A DNA stretch of 64,000 nucleotides. It comes from Stappia sp. Its GTDB lineage: Bacteria; Pseudomonadota; Alphaproteobacteria; Rhizobiales; Stappiaceae. The position numbers were made by a program, and so were the translations under genes. Shown piece after piece: positions 52,595-61,891 of this stretch (its first letter is position 1; each line of letters opens with the position of its first letter). The notes under the pieces were generated by a model that worked only from the letters and a program-made list of their open reading frames with translations, was not told where the DNA came from and made no database searches. The stretch lies in the NCBI RefSeq assembly GCF_965276915.1, contig NZ_OZ255709.1, positions 4,644,985 through 4,708,984 of the forward strand, given 5' to 3'.

Positions 52595-53776
52595 CTATTT
52601 GACGAAAAGCGCGCGCGGCCGATTGCACAGGCATTCCGCCGGCCCCTCGGGCATGATCACGATGCTCTCGGTGATCTCCAGCCCCCAGCTGTCCATCCAC
52701 AGGCCGGGCATGAAATGAAAGGTCATGCCGGCTTCCAGGACCGTGTCGTCCTCGACCCTGAGCGAGACGGTGCGCTCGCCCCAGTCCGGCGGATAGGAAA
52801 CCCCGATCGGGTAGCCGCAACGCGCCGAACGGTCGATGCCAGCCCGCTCCAGCGGCGCGCCCAGCGCCCTGGCAATGTCGGAAGCCGTGTTGCCGGCGCG
52901 CGCCGCGTCGAGCCCTGCCTCCAGCCCTTCGACAAGCGCCGTCTCCGCATCGAGCAGGTATCTCGGCGGCGTGCCGAGAAACACCGTCCGGCAGAACGGC
53001 GCATGATAGCGGCGATAACACCCGGCAATCTCGAAGAAGGTCGCCGTCTCCGGCTCGATATGCCGCCCATCCCAGGTGAGATGAGGCGCGGCCGCGTCCG
53101 ACCCGCTCGGCAGCAACGGCACGATCGAGGGATAGTCGCCCCAGGCATCCTCCGTTCCGCGGATCGCATCGGCGTAGATGTCGGCGACAAGATCGGTCTT
53201 GCGCATCCCCGGCCGGATCCGGTCGAAGACGCCGTCGATGATCTTTTCGGAAATGCGCGCCGCCCGGCGCATGAAGACCAGTTCCTCCTCGGACTTCACC
53301 GCCCGCTGCCAGTTGACCAGCGCCGTCGCGTCGACAAACGACGCCTCGGGCAGTTCCTCCTGCATGGTCAGGAAGGCCTTGGCCGAAAAATAGTAATTCT
53401 CCAGCTCGACGCCGACGCGCGAGCGCCCGTGGCCATGTTCGCGGATCAGGGCCGCGAGCGTCTGCATCGGATGGCGCACGGTCGACTGGACATAGTGGTC
53501 GGGATAGGCGGCAACCCGGTCGTCATCCATCCACACGGTGCGCACGGCGCCGTTGGCATCCTGACGCCGCCCCCACCAGATCGGATGGGCGTCATGGAAG
53601 ACGAGAACGCCCTGGTGGACGTAGAAGGACCAGCCGTCATAGCCGGTCAGCCAGGCCATGTTGGCAGGGTCCTCGACGAAAAGGACGTCGATATCCTTCT
53701 CGCGCATCGCCGCGCGCACCTTTTCAAGGCGCCTGGAGAATTCCGCATCGGTAAACGGTAGCTCGGTCGCCGGCAT
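52595..53776 (-). CDS. doeA: M24-family (creatinase/prolidase fold) hydrolase, ectoine hydrolase DoeA/EutD-like
   Basis: ATG 53776 after GGAGGAGAAGGA. FTDAEFSRRLEKVRAAMREKDIDVLFVEDPANMAWLTGYDGWSFYVHQ, plus the M24 C-domain. The assignment leans on synteny with Lrp, ssd and aminotransferase genes. Confidence 0.6.
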   Translation of the reverse strand: MPATELPFTDAEFSRRLEKVRAAMREKDIDVLFVEDPANMAWLTGYDGWSFYVHQGVLVFHDAHPIWWGRRQDANGAVRTVWMDDDRVAAYPDHYVQSTVRHPMQTLAALIREHGHGRSRVGVELENYYFSAKAFLTMQEELPEASFVDATALVNWQRAVKSEEELVFMRRAARISEKIIDGVFDRIRPGMRKTDLVADIYADAIRGTEDAWGDYPSIVPLLPSGSDAAAPHLTWDGRHIEPETATFFEIAGCYRRYHAPFCRTVFLGTPPRYLLDAETALVEGLEAGLDAARAGNTASDIARALGAPLERAGIDRSARCGYPIGVSYPPDWGERTVSLRVEDDTVLEAGMTFHFMPGLWMDSWGLEITESIVIMPEGPAECLCNRPRALFVK

Positions 53777-53936
53777 TCCTTCTCCTCCATGCGTCGCATT
53801 GCGGCCTCCGGCGATCTTTACACAGCCGACTCGGCGCTTGGACAGCATGATTTTTCAAGCGGCTCGCAGCTTGCGCGGCGCAAGCCGACGCCACAGTAGA
53901 TGGACTCTCCTGCCCCTTGCCCGCTATGACGCTACC

Positions 53937-54422
53937 ATGATCCGCCTCGATGACCGCGACATTGCCATCCTGAAGGTGCTTTCCCGCGAGGGCCGCCTGT
54001 CCAAGGCGGACCTGGCGCGGCGCATCAATCTCAGCCCGACGCCCTGCTGGGAACGCCTCAAGCGGCTGGAAAAAGCCGGCGTGATCGAAGGCTACAGGGC
54101 CGAGATCGCGCTGCGCAAGACCGCCACCCATGTCACTGTTTTCGTGACGCTGGAGCTGGAAAACCACAGCGCCGCGGCCTTTCAGGCTTTCGAACGGGCG
54201 GTCGAGACCCATCCGGAGATCGTCCAGTGCTGGGCCCTTGGCGGCGGTTTCGACTACCTCCTGCAGGTGGTCACGCGCGATGTCGACAGCTATCAGCGGC
54301 TGATCGACCGGCTGCTCGACCAGGGCCTGGGCCTCGCCCGCTACTACACCTACATCGTGACCAAGCCGGTCAAGACCGGTCACGCCCCTCCCCTGGACAT
54401 GCTGCTGGGCGGAGCAGGCTGA
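53937..54422 (+). CDS. Lrp/AsnC-family transcriptional regulator (DoeX-like position)
   Basis: MIRLDDRDIAILKVLSREGRLSKADLARRINLSPTPCWERLKRLEKAGVIEGY plus the RAM domain. Divergent from the DoeA-like gene. Confidence 0.9.
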   Translation: MIRLDDRDIAILKVLSREGRLSKADLARRINLSPTPCWERLKRLEKAGVIEGYRAEIALRKTATHVTVFVTLELENHSAAAFQAFERAVETHPEIVQCWALGGGFDYLLQVVTRDVDSYQRLIDRLLDQGLGLARYYTYIVTKPVKTGHAPPLDMLLGGAG

Positions 54423-54566
54423 ACGGTCGCCCGAGGGCGGCAAAAAAAGACGAATCGTCTGGCGCCCCGGGCCGTTAAAGACGCTTGTTCGCCCTGTTTC
54501 GACGCATCCTGTCCTTGCAGGCGGGTCATGAACCCGCCCCTGGACGTGACGCGACGAGGAGGACGG

Positions 54567-56057
54567 ATGATGACGACGACCGCGACCGGCACCGGCGAAC
54601 GCACGCAACCCGCCCTTGGCGATGCACGCCTGCTCAGGCAGTTCTCTTATATCGACGGGCGCTGGTGCGCCGCAGGCGACGGGCGAAGCTTCACAGTCCG
54701 CGATCCCGCCAATGGCAGCCGGCTCGGCGACGTGGCAAGCCTCTCGGCGGACGAGGCCCGGGCCGCCGTCGATCCGGCCGACCGGGCCTTTGCCGGCTGG
54801 TCGGCCCTGCTTCCGCAGGAGCGAGCGAAAATACTGCGGCGCTGGCACGACCTCGTCCTGGAACATCGCGAAGACCTCGCCCGCCTGATGACGCTGGAAC
54901 AGGGCAAACCCCTGTCCGAGGCGCGCGGGGAGATCGACTATGCCGCCGCCTTCATCGAGTTCTACGCGGAGGAGGCGCGCCGCCCCAATGTCGAGGGCAT
55001 TACCTCGCATCTCGCCGATGCCGAGGTCGAGACCTGGCTGGAGCCGGTCGGCGTTGCCGCCCTCGTGACGCCGTGGAACTTCCCTTGCGCCATGATCACC
55101 CGCAAGGCGGCCGCGGCCCTTGCCGCCGGCTGCACGGTCCTTGTTCATCCCTCGCACGAGACACCATACTCGGCGCTGGCACTGGCCGAACTTGCCGAAC
55201 GCGCCGGTTTTCCCGCCGGCGTCTTCAATGTGGTGACCGGCGATGCCGCGACCATCGTCGGCGCCTGGATGGAGGATCCGCGCGTGCGCGCCGTCTCCTT
55301 CACCGGCTCGACCGAGATCGGCCGGTTGATCTACCGGCAGGCCTCGGCCACGGTGAAACGCCTGGTGCTGGAACTGGGCGGTCATGCGCCCTTCATCGTC
55401 TTCGCCGACGCGGATCTCGACCGTGCCGTTGCCGAGGCCGTCAAGGCCAAGTTCGCGACCTCCGGCCAGGACTGCCTCGGCGCCAACCGCTTCCTTGTCG
55501 CCCGCCCGCTCTACAAGGCATTCTGCAAGCGCTTCGCGGAAGCCGCCGCTGCCCTCACCGTCGCTCCCGGAATGGACGACGCCGATATCGGCCCCTTGAT
55601 GAACGAGAAGGCGGTCGCCAAGCAGGAGGAACATGTCGCCGATGCGCTCCGGCGCGGCGCCAGGCTCCTGACCGGCGGGGAACGCCATCCGGCCGGGTCC
55701 CTGTTCTATCGCCCGACCGTACTTGGCGATGTCCCGGCCGACGCGCTGATCATGCGCGAGGAGACCTTCGGGCCGGTCGCCGCGATCCGCCCCTTCGACA
55801 GCGAGGAGGAGGCTGTGACGCTGGCCAATGACAGCGAATACGGTCTGGTCGCCTACCTGCACAGCGAGGATCCGCGCCGGATCTACCGGCTGTCGCGGGC
55901 GCTGCGCTATGGCATGATCGCCGTCAACCGCACCAAGGTCACCGGCGCCCCGATCCCCTTCGGCGGCATGAAGCAGTCCGGCATCGGCCGGGAGGGCGCC
56001 GCCGACGGCATGCGTGCCTTCATGGACCTCAAATATGTCTGCCGCGACTGGGGCTGA
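54567..56057 (+). CDS. NAD(P)-dependent succinate-/aspartate-semialdehyde dehydrogenase family (GabD/DoeC-like)
   Basis: ALDH motifs VTPWNFP, FTGSTEIG, ELGGHAP, EETFGPV. Start ATG 54567/54570 after GAGGAGGA; ATG 54528 is also possible. Confidence 0.85.
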   Translation: MMTTTATGTGERTQPALGDARLLRQFSYIDGRWCAAGDGRSFTVRDPANGSRLGDVASLSADEARAAVDPADRAFAGWSALLPQERAKILRRWHDLVLEHREDLARLMTLEQGKPLSEARGEIDYAAAFIEFYAEEARRPNVEGITSHLADAEVETWLEPVGVAALVTPWNFPCAMITRKAAAALAAGCTVLVHPSHETPYSALALAELAERAGFPAGVFNVVTGDAATIVGAWMEDPRVRAVSFTGSTEIGRLIYRQASATVKRLVLELGGHAPFIVFADADLDRAVAEAVKAKFATSGQDCLGANRFLVARPLYKAFCKRFAEAAAALTVAPGMDDADIGPLMNEKAVAKQEEHVADALRRGARLLTGGERHPAGSLFYRPTVLGDVPADALIMREETFGPVAAIRPFDSEEEAVTLANDSEYGLVAYLHSEDPRRIYRLSRALRYGMIAVNRTKVTGAPIPFGGMKQSGIGREGAADGMRAFMDLKYVCRDWG

Positions 56058-56117
56058 TGGCCGCTCGCGCAAGAACAACCCGGCGAACCGCCAGAAACAA
56101 CCACAAGGAGACCGTCA

Positions 56118-57488
56118 ATGCTGACCAATGACCAGCTCGACCAATGGGACCGGGAAAGCTTCTTCCATCCCTCCACGCACCTTGCCCAGCATGCGCGCGG
56201 CGAAAGCCCGACCCGCATCGTCACCGGCGGCGAGGGTGTCTTCATCCAGGACCGCGACGGCAACCGCCTGCTCGACGCCTTCGCCGGGCTCTACTGCGTC
56301 AATGTCGGCTACGGCCGCAAGGAGATCGCCGAGGCGATCGCCGCCCAGGCGCATGAGCTGGCCTATTATCACGCCTATGTCGGCCACGGCACGGAAGCCT
56401 CGATCACGCTCGCCCACATGATTCTGGAGCGGGCGCCGGACAACATGTCGAAGGTCTATTTCGGCCTTGGCGGGTCGGATGCCAACGAGACCAACGTCAA
56501 GCTCGTCTGGTACTACAACAACATCCTCGGCCGGCCACAGAAGAAGAAGATCATTTCGCGCTGGCGCGGCTATCACGGCTCCGGGCTGGTGACCGGCTCG
56601 CTGACCGGACTGGAACTGTTCCACAAGAAGTTCGACCTGCCGCTCTCCCAGGTTCTGCACACCGAGGCGCCCTGCTACTTCCGCCGCCACGACCTCGACA
56701 TGAGCGAGGCCGATTTTGTCGAGCATTGCGCGGCCGAGCTTGAGGCCCTGATCGCCCGCGAGGGCGCCGACACCATCGCTGCCTTCATCGGCGAGCCGAT
56801 CCTGGGCACCGGCGGCATCGTGCCCCCGCCCGCCGGCTACTGGGAGCGGATCCAGAAGGTTCTCAAGCGTCACGACATCCTGCTGATCGCCGACGAGGTG
56901 GTCACCGGCTTCGGACGTCTCGGCACCATGTTCGGTTCCGACCACTACGGCATGGAAGCCGACATCATCACCATCGCCAAGGGCCTCACCTCGGCCTATG
57001 CGCCGCTGTCGGGTTCGATCATCTCGAAGAAGGTGTGGGAGGTGCTGGAGCGCGGCACCGACGAGAACGGCGCCATCGGCCATGGCTGGACCTATTCCGC
57101 CCATCCGATCGGAGCCGCCGCCGGCGTTGCCAATCTCAAGCTGATCGACGATCTCGGCCTCGTCGCCAACGCGCGCGAGACCGGTGCCCACCTGAATGCG
57201 GCGATGCGCACGGCCCTTGCGGACCATCCCAAGGTTGGCGAGATCCGCGGCGAAGGCATGCTCTGCGCCATCGAGTTCGTCGACGACAAGGCAAGCCGCA
57301 CCTATTTCGACCCGTCCGCCAAGGTCGGCCCGGCGCTGGCCAGCGCGCTGCTCAAGCGCGGCGTCATCGGTCGCGCCATGCCGCAGGGCGACATTCTCGG
57401 CTTCGCACCGCCGCTCTGCCTGACGCCGGAAGAGGCCGACCGGATCGTCGCCGACACCCGCGCCGCCGTCGACGACGTCTTCGGCTGA
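56118..57488 (+). CDS. Class-III (omega) aminotransferase (DoeD position)
   Basis: FFHPSTHL...[11 protein letters not shown]...GGSDANE...[12 protein letters not shown]...[10 protein letters not shown] is the PLP fold-type I class III pattern. Confidence 0.85.
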   Translation: MLTNDQLDQWDRESFFHPSTHLAQHARGESPTRIVTGGEGVFIQDRDGNRLLDAFAGLYCVNVGYGRKEIAEAIAAQAHELAYYHAYVGHGTEASITLAHMILERAPDNMSKVYFGLGGSDANETNVKLVWYYNNILGRPQKKKIISRWRGYHGSGLVTGSLTGLELFHKKFDLPLSQVLHTEAPCYFRRHDLDMSEADFVEHCAAELEALIAREGADTIAAFIGEPILGTGGIVPPPAGYWERIQKVLKRHDILLIADEVVTGFGRLGTMFGSDHYGMEADIITIAKGLTSAYAPLSGSIISKKVWEVLERGTDENGAIGHGWTYSAHPIGAAAGVANLKLIDDLGLVANARETGAHLNAAMRTALADHPKVGEIRGEGMLCAIEFVDDKASRTYFDPSAKVGPALASALLKRGVIGRAMPQGDILGFAPPLCLTPEEADRIVADTRAAVDDVFG

Positions 57489-57520
57489 ACGGGCGCGCCC
57501 GACAGGGTCGCCGCAAACAG

Positions 57521-57558
57521 GAAAAGGGGCCGGCGCGCGATGCGCCGGCCCCTTTTTC
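57521..57558. terminator. Bidirectional rho-independent terminator between the aminotransferase (+) and MarR (-) genes
   Basis: Stem ggggccggcgc (57526-36) / gcgccggcccc (57542-52), flanked by AAAA on the left and TTTTT on the right. Confidence 0.8.
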
Positions 57559-57579
57559 GTGTCGCGGGTCTCACAGGCC

Positions 57580-58128
57580 TCAGGCGGGCAGGCCGGCCTC
57601 GCTTCCGTCCATCAGGCCGCGCGGCTGCGGCTCGTCCGGTTCCAGCAGGTCCGCCACCGTCTGGAAGGCGCGAATGATCGTCTGCTGCTCGCCTTCGCTG
57701 AGCCCGGCCATGCCGGAAAAGAACCGCCGGTGAATGAGCGGCGGCGCCGATGCCAGCATTTCCCGCCCCTCGCCGGTCAGCTCGTTATGCACGATCCGCC
57801 GGTCCACGGTGCTGCGCCGGCGATTGACGATGCCCCGCGCCTCGAGTTTCTCCAGGATCGTCACCGTGGTCGCCGCGCTGATATTGGCAACGCGCGAGAT
57901 GTCCGCTGTGGTCGCCGTCTCGAAATCGCGGACGGCATTGAGCACCACGATCTGCGGGATCGTCATCCCTGTTTCCCGCGCCACCCGCTTCGAGCGCACG
58001 TCCATGGCCTGCACAATCCTGCGGATCGAGCGGATGACGTCGGCCGCATCCTGCGGGGCGTAATCGCGATCTTCCTGCAAGCGCTTCTCCTTCCAAATCT
58101 TCACAGGAATCATTACAGCACAAAACAT
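57580..58128 (-). CDS. MarR-family transcriptional regulator
   Basis: Winged HTH MTIPQIVVLNAVRDFETATTADISRVANISAATTVTILEKLEARGIVNRRRSTVDRR. Start ATG 58128 or 58113. Confidence 0.85.
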   Translation of the reverse strand: MFCAVMIPVKIWKEKRLQEDRDYAPQDAADVIRSIRRIVQAMDVRSKRVARETGMTIPQIVVLNAVRDFETATTADISRVANISAATTVTILEKLEARGIVNRRRSTVDRRIVHNELTGEGREMLASAPPLIHRRFFSGMAGLSEGEQQTIIRAFQTVADLLEPDEPQPRGLMDGSEAGLPA

Positions 58129-58129
58129 T

Positions 58130-58142
58130 TGATTTCAAATCA
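58130..58142. promoter_or_regulatory. 13-bp palindrome, candidate MarR operator
   Basis: TGATTT-c-AAATCA in the AT-rich marR/asnO divergent region, directly abutting the marR ORF start. Confidence 0.4.
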
Positions 58143-58246
58143 TTTGTATCCTAACTATCTCGTGAACCAACCGGGATGTCCCGGCACGGCAGGCCGGACC
58201 ACGGCCCGCAGGACACGGAAGACCAGACAGGAAAGGGCAGTCGCTC

Positions 58247-60022
58247 ATGTGCGGAATTGCCGGAGAGATGCGTTTCGATGGACAGTTTGCGGAGGCAGAG
58301 GCGGTCGCCCGGATGACCGAACACCTCGCGCCACGCGGTCCCGACGGATCCGGCGTGATGGCACAGGGCCCGGTGGCGCTCGGCCATCGCCGGCTGAAGA
58401 TCATCGACCTTACCGAAAAGGCCGCCCAGCCGATGGCCGATCCCGCGCTGGAGCTTGCCATCGTCTTCAACGGCTGCATCTACAATTATCCGGAGCTGCG
58501 CAAGGAACTGCAGGAGAAGGGCTATTCCTTCTTCTCCCACGGCGACACCGAAGTCATCCTCAAGGCCTTCCATGCTTGGGGGCCCGACTGCGTCAAGCGC
58601 TTCCACGGCATGTTCGCCTTCGCCATCCACGACCGCCGAGACGGCTCGCTGACGCTGGCCCGCGACCGTTTCGGCATCAAGCCGCTCTACCTGGCGGAGA
58701 AGGGCAAGCGCCTGCGCTTCGCCTCGACGCTGCAGGCACTGCTGGCTGGCGGCGACGTCGACACCGGCATCGATAGGGCAGCCCTTGCCTGCTACATGAG
58801 CTTCCACGCGGTCGTGCCTGCCCCGCGCACTGTCCTCAATGGCGTGCGCAAGCTGCCGCCGGCAACCGTTCGCCGCATCGAGGCCGATGGCAGCACCCGC
58901 GAGCATCGCTACTGGAACGCCTCCTACACCCGCCGCGAGGAAGACCGGAACCTGTCCGCCGACGACTGGCGCGACAGGGTGCTGGAGGCATTGCGCGTCG
59001 CCGTGCGCCGCCGCATGGTCGCCGACGTGCCGGTCGGCGTGCTCTTGTCCGGCGGCGTCGACAGCTCGATGATCGTCGGCCTGCTCGCCGAGGAGGGGCA
59101 GAAGGACCTGATGACCTTCTCCATCGGCTTCGAGGAGGCAAACGGCGAGAAAGGCGATGAGTTTGTCTATTCCGACCTCATCGCCAAGCATTTCGGCACC
59201 GATCACCACAAGATCTTCGTTCCCTCCGCCGACCTGATGTCGTCGCTGCCCGATACGATCGCGGCGCAATCGGAGCCCATGGTTTCCTATGACAATATCG
59301 GCTTCTTCCTCCTCAGCCGGGAGGTGTCGAAGCATATCAAGGTGGTGCAGTCCGGCCAGGGAGCGGACGAGGTGTTCGGCGGCTATCACTGGTATCCCCC
59401 GCTCGCCGGCTCCAACGACGTGGTCGCCGACTATGCGCGCGTCTTCTTCGACCGCTCGCGCGAGACGATGGCCCGGCACCTGTCGCCGGACTGGATGGCC
59501 AGCCGCGACGAGGCGCACGATTTCGTCGCCGCCCACCTGATGCAGGGCGGGGCCGAGACCCCGGTCGACCGGGCGCTGCGCCTCGATGCGGAGATCATGC
59601 TGGTCGACGATCCGGTCAAGCGGGTCGACAACATGACGATGGCCTGGGGACTGGAGGCGCGCGTGCCGTTCCTCGATCACGAACTCGTCGAGCTTGCCGC
59701 CGGGATCCCGCCGGAGCTGAAACTGGCGCAAGGGGGCAAGGGCGTGCTCAAGGAGGCCGCCCGCAAGGTCGTCCCCCACGAGGTGATCGACCGCAAGAAG
59801 GGCTACTTCCCGGTGCCCCAGCTCAAATATATCCAGGGCCCCTATCTCGACATGGTGCGCGACGCGCTCACGTCGCAGTCGGCGCGCGAGCGGGGCCTGT
59901 TCCAGGAAAGCTATCTGGAGACCCTGTTCCAGGATCCGACGGCGCATATCACGCCGCTGCAAGGGTCCGAGCTCTGGCAGGTCGCCCTGCTCGAGCTGTG
60001 GCTGCAGACCAACGACATCTGA
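58247..60022 (+). CDS. asnO: Glutamine-hydrolysing amidotransferase of the asparagine synthase family, NAGGN-type
   Basis: MCGIAGE N-terminal Cys nucleophile, LLSGGVDSS PP-loop. It directly precedes an ngg-type gene. Confidence 0.85.
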   Translation: MCGIAGEMRFDGQFAEAEAVARMTEHLAPRGPDGSGVMAQGPVALGHRRLKIIDLTEKAAQPMADPALELAIVFNGCIYNYPELRKELQEKGYSFFSHGDTEVILKAFHAWGPDCVKRFHGMFAFAIHDRRDGSLTLARDRFGIKPLYLAEKGKRLRFASTLQALLAGGDVDTGIDRAALACYMSFHAVVPAPRTVLNGVRKLPPATVRRIEADGSTREHRYWNASYTRREEDRNLSADDWRDRVLEALRVAVRRRMVADVPVGVLLSGGVDSSMIVGLLAEEGQKDLMTFSIGFEEANGEKGDEFVYSDLIAKHFGTDHHKIFVPSADLMSSLPDTIAAQSEPMVSYDNIGFFLLSREVSKHIKVVQSGQGADEVFGGYHWYPPLAGSNDVVADYARVFFDRSRETMARHLSPDWMASRDEAHDFVAAHLMQGGAETPVDRALRLDAEIMLVDDPVKRVDNMTMAWGLEARVPFLDHELVELAAGIPPELKLAQGGKGVLKEAARKVVPHEVIDRKKGYFPVPQLKYIQGPYLDMVRDALTSQSARERGLFQESYLETLFQDPTAHITPLQGSELWQVALLELWLQTNDI

Positions 60023-60031
60023 GGGCAGGTC

Positions 60032-61891
60032 ATGACGGCGAAGAAAACCGGCGGCAAGGGCGGCAAGGGAACGGACGCCCCCGCGCGGGCCGCACGCGAT
60101 ACCCGTCACCGGGATGCCTATGCATACCGGCTCAAGCGCATGCGCGAGCACGGGCTGAAGCCGCCCATCGACAACCAGCATGCCGACACGCCCGTGCCGC
60201 TGGAGAATTGCGCGCTCGATCTCGGATGGGGGCGCCTGCTGTTCGGCCAGACCTTCCACGACACCGAGAAACTGCTGACGACGCTGGAGGGCGAGTTGCC
60301 CGACCGGCGCGACATCGCGGTCTATGTGCGCGATCCGCATGTGCTGCTGGCCAACGCCCCGCAGGAGATCTTCCTCGACCCCTCGCACACGTTCCGCCTC
60401 GACCTCGCCACCTATCGCTCGTCGAAAAAGGCGCCGGCCGGCTTCTTCCTGCGCCGCCTCACCGCCCAGACCGACGCGGAGGCGATCAACCGCATCTACG
60501 CCGCGCGCGGCATGGTGCCGGTGCCGCCGGACTTCTTCTGGTCGAAGCGCGACGCGCGCTCGATCTGCTATTTCGTCGCCGAGGACGAGGCCAGCGGAGA
60601 GATCCTCGGCACCGTGACCGGCGTCGACCACGCCCGCGCCTTCAACGATCCCGAACGCGGTGCCTCGCTCTGGTGCCTCGCCGTCGATCCCCAGGCCCGC
60701 CACCCCGGCGTCGGCCAGGCGCTTGTCCGCCACCTGGCGGACTATTTCGCCGCGCGCGGCCTTGCCCATCTCGACCTGTCGGTCATGCATGACAACGACC
60801 AGGCAATCTCCCTCTACGAGAAGCTCGGCTTCGCCCGCGTTCCCTTCTTCACGGTGAAGCGAAAGAACCCGATCAACGAGACGCTCTACACCGGCCCCGA
60901 CATGGACGAGGCGCTCAACCCCTACGCCAAGATCATCGTGCGCGAGGCGCGCCGGCGCGGCATCCGCGTCGAGGTCAACGATGCCGAGCGGGGCTTCTTC
61001 TCGCTCTCGCAGGGCGGCCGCACGATCCGCTGCCGGGAGAGCCTGAGCGAACTGACCAGCGCCGTCGCCATGTCGATCTGCGACGACAAGACCGCGACCC
61101 GCAAGGTGGTCGAGGGCGCCGGCGTACACGTTCCGGCCCAGATCGTCGCCGGACAGGGCAACGGCGATCTCGAGGACTTCCTGCGCGAGCATGGCAAGGT
61201 CGTCGTCAAGCCGGCCCGAGGCGAGCAAGGCCGCGGCGTTGCCGTCGGCCTGACCTCGCAGGAGGACATCGACGCCGCCATCGAGGAAGCCGGACGGCTC
61301 TGCGACACGGTGCTGGTGGAGGAATGCGTGGAAGGCCAGGACCTGCGCCTGATCGTCATCAACTACCGCCTGGTGGCCGCCGCAATCCGCCGCCCGCCGT
61401 CTGTGGTCGGCAACGGGTCGAGCCGCATCCGCGAACTGATCGAGGCGCAAAGCCGCCGCCGCGCGGCGGCAACCGGGGGCGAATCGCACATTCCCCTCGA
61501 TGCCGAAACCCTGCGAACGGTTCGCCAGGCCGGGCACGACATGGACACGGTGCTTCCCGCCGGCGAGGAACTGCTGGTGCGGCGCACCGCCAACCTGCAT
61601 ACCGGCGGCACCATCCACGACGTCACCGACATCGTTCACCCCACGCTTGTCGAGGCATCGGTGCGCGCCGCGCGGGCCATCGACATTCCGGTGACCGGCA
61701 TCGACCTGATGGTCAAGGCACCGACGGAGGCCGGCTACCGGTTCATCGAGGCCAACGAGCGTCCCGGCCTTGCCAACCACGAACCGCAACCGACGGCCGA
61801 GCGGTTCGTCGATCTTCTGTTTCCGCTTTCCATGCCGGCGACCGCCCGCCAGGCTGTCACCGACCAGCACACCAACCAGGGGGCCCCATGA
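60032..61891 (+). CDS. ngg: Bifunctional GNAT acetyltransferase / ATP-grasp N-acetylglutaminylglutamine synthetase
   Basis: GNAT core LWCLAVDPQARHPGVGQALVRHL...ISLYEKLGF, followed by an ATP-grasp domain (VVVKPARGEQGRGV...VLVEECVEGQDLRLIV...EANERPGL). Confidence 0.85.
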   Translation: MTAKKTGGKGGKGTDAPARAARDTRHRDAYAYRLKRMREHGLKPPIDNQHADTPVPLENCALDLGWGRLLFGQTFHDTEKLLTTLEGELPDRRDIAVYVRDPHVLLANAPQEIFLDPSHTFRLDLATYRSSKKAPAGFFLRRLTAQTDAEAINRIYAARGMVPVPPDFFWSKRDARSICYFVAEDEASGEILGTVTGVDHARAFNDPERGASLWCLAVDPQARHPGVGQALVRHLADYFAARGLAHLDLSVMHDNDQAISLYEKLGFARVPFFTVKRKNPINETLYTGPDMDEALNPYAKIIVREARRRGIRVEVNDAERGFFSLSQGGRTIRCRESLSELTSAVAMSICDDKTATRKVVEGAGVHVPAQIVAGQGNGDLEDFLREHGKVVVKPARGEQGRGVAVGLTSQEDIDAAIEEAGRLCDTVLVEECVEGQDLRLIVINYRLVAAAIRRPPSVVGNGSSRIRELIEAQSRRRAAATGGESHIPLDAETLRTVRQAGHDMDTVLPAGEELLVRRTANLHTGGTIHDVTDIVHPTLVEASVRAARAIDIPVTGIDLMVKAPTEAGYRFIEANERPGLANHEPQPTAERFVDLLFPLSMPATARQAVTDQHTNQGAP

